64,000 nt of DNA from Saccostrea echinata (lineage: Eukaryota), in contig NW_026889805.1 of NCBI RefSeq assembly GCF_033153115.1, positions 7,998,001-8,062,000 on the forward strand, written 5' to 3'. Below, one piece after another: positions 63,402 through 64,000 of this stretch. The translations under genes and the position numbers were made by a program. The notes beneath the pieces are model-generated. The model made no database searches. It worked only from the letters and a program-made list of their open reading frames with translations, and was not told where the DNA came from. The stretch's first letter is position 1, and each line of letters opens with the position of its first letter.

Positions 63402-63942
63402 ATCCACCGGCAATATAGGAGGAACTGAATACAATTGACACCTTGGTCGGCCAAGTAGGTAGGCCAAGAAACACCTGGCGGTATTTCTGGAAGTCGAAAT
63501 CAAAGGGATTGAAAAGAACTAGAAAATTATTTCTCAGGATAGTGGGGTTGGGGGTGGGGGTTATGCCACGGAAGGGGTAGTAGGCATAATTAAGTAAGTA
63601 TGTAAGTGATTGCAAAAGAATATCTAGAATTGAAAATATTTATGCGTCGATTTTATAAAATTATATCGAATAAATTTGATATTACATCTCGTCATAGGGC
63701 CGGGTATCCAGCAATTTATCCCTTGGTAGAAAAAAAAAATACTTATAGATAATAAAGATTAAAAAAAACAAAAAACAAATCAACTTGGGAATAAACATAA
63801 AAATTTAGTGTTTAATTAATTTGTCCTGTCCTAATGGAATTCGATTTATATTTCATTTCCCAAGGAAGATCACTCTTACTGCGTTAAAATACCAGGAATT
63901 AGTGTTTAAAGTATGAGTTATCCTTATCTGTCAAACCATCCT

Positions 63943-63980
63943 ATCAGAGACGTATAAGAGATCTATTATACGTCTCTGAT
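63943..63980. repeat. Short palindrome
   Basis: ATCAGAGACGTATAA-GAGATCTA-TTATACGTCTCTGAT. Confidence 0.8.
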
Positions 63981-64000
63981 CCTATATCTGTATAAAGACT

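Larger units (their letters stand above)
61645..63607 (+). mobile_element. Decayed RTE-clade LINE (APE plus partial RT)
   Basis: KTAQVAAEM..LLGKSETRW..GHEE, NQVDHI, SDHHL, KSAGPDNI, NYRGITL, DYEKGFDSV, GRPRNTWR. TAAGTAAGTA tail. Confidence 0.85.

Overview
AT-rich eukaryotic genomic DNA with spliceosomal introns and three short N gaps. The repeat families suggest an oyster-like bivalve (inference). I could hand-assemble two minus-strand protein-coding genes. (1) 15015-17727: about 414 aa, six exons, with a TATA/Inr promoter. It resembles the N-terminal half of Inturned (W-x6-G-x2-FY motif plus PDZ) but has no visible longin domains. (2) About 44317/44443-52860: a transmembrane mucin of about 1,450 aa with a signal peptide, one 3.5-kb exon of 13-aa Thr-rich repeats, a SEA domain with a G/SLIV cleavage motif, a 4-Cys EGF-like module, a TM helix and a Tyr-rich tail. 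The rest is dominated by transposon relics: about 10 fragments of a Naiad-type Penelope-like retroelement (CxC linker, C-terminal RT), an RTE LINE, a CR1 LINE fragment, a SINE tail, Helentron-associated (HINE) elements, Kolobok-, EnSpm-, IS3EU- and Academ-type non-autonomous elements, and long-hairpin Crypton-like elements. The most notable observations are: a covarying ~82-nt RNA fold at the Naiad 3' end; ten RFX X-box-like palindromes phased at ~175 bp in a Kolobok-type element; a perfect head-to-head telomeric palindrome inside a Naiad RT; a minimal hammerhead ribozyme; and the truncated Inturned-like gene. All family assignments come from motif recognition, not database searches.
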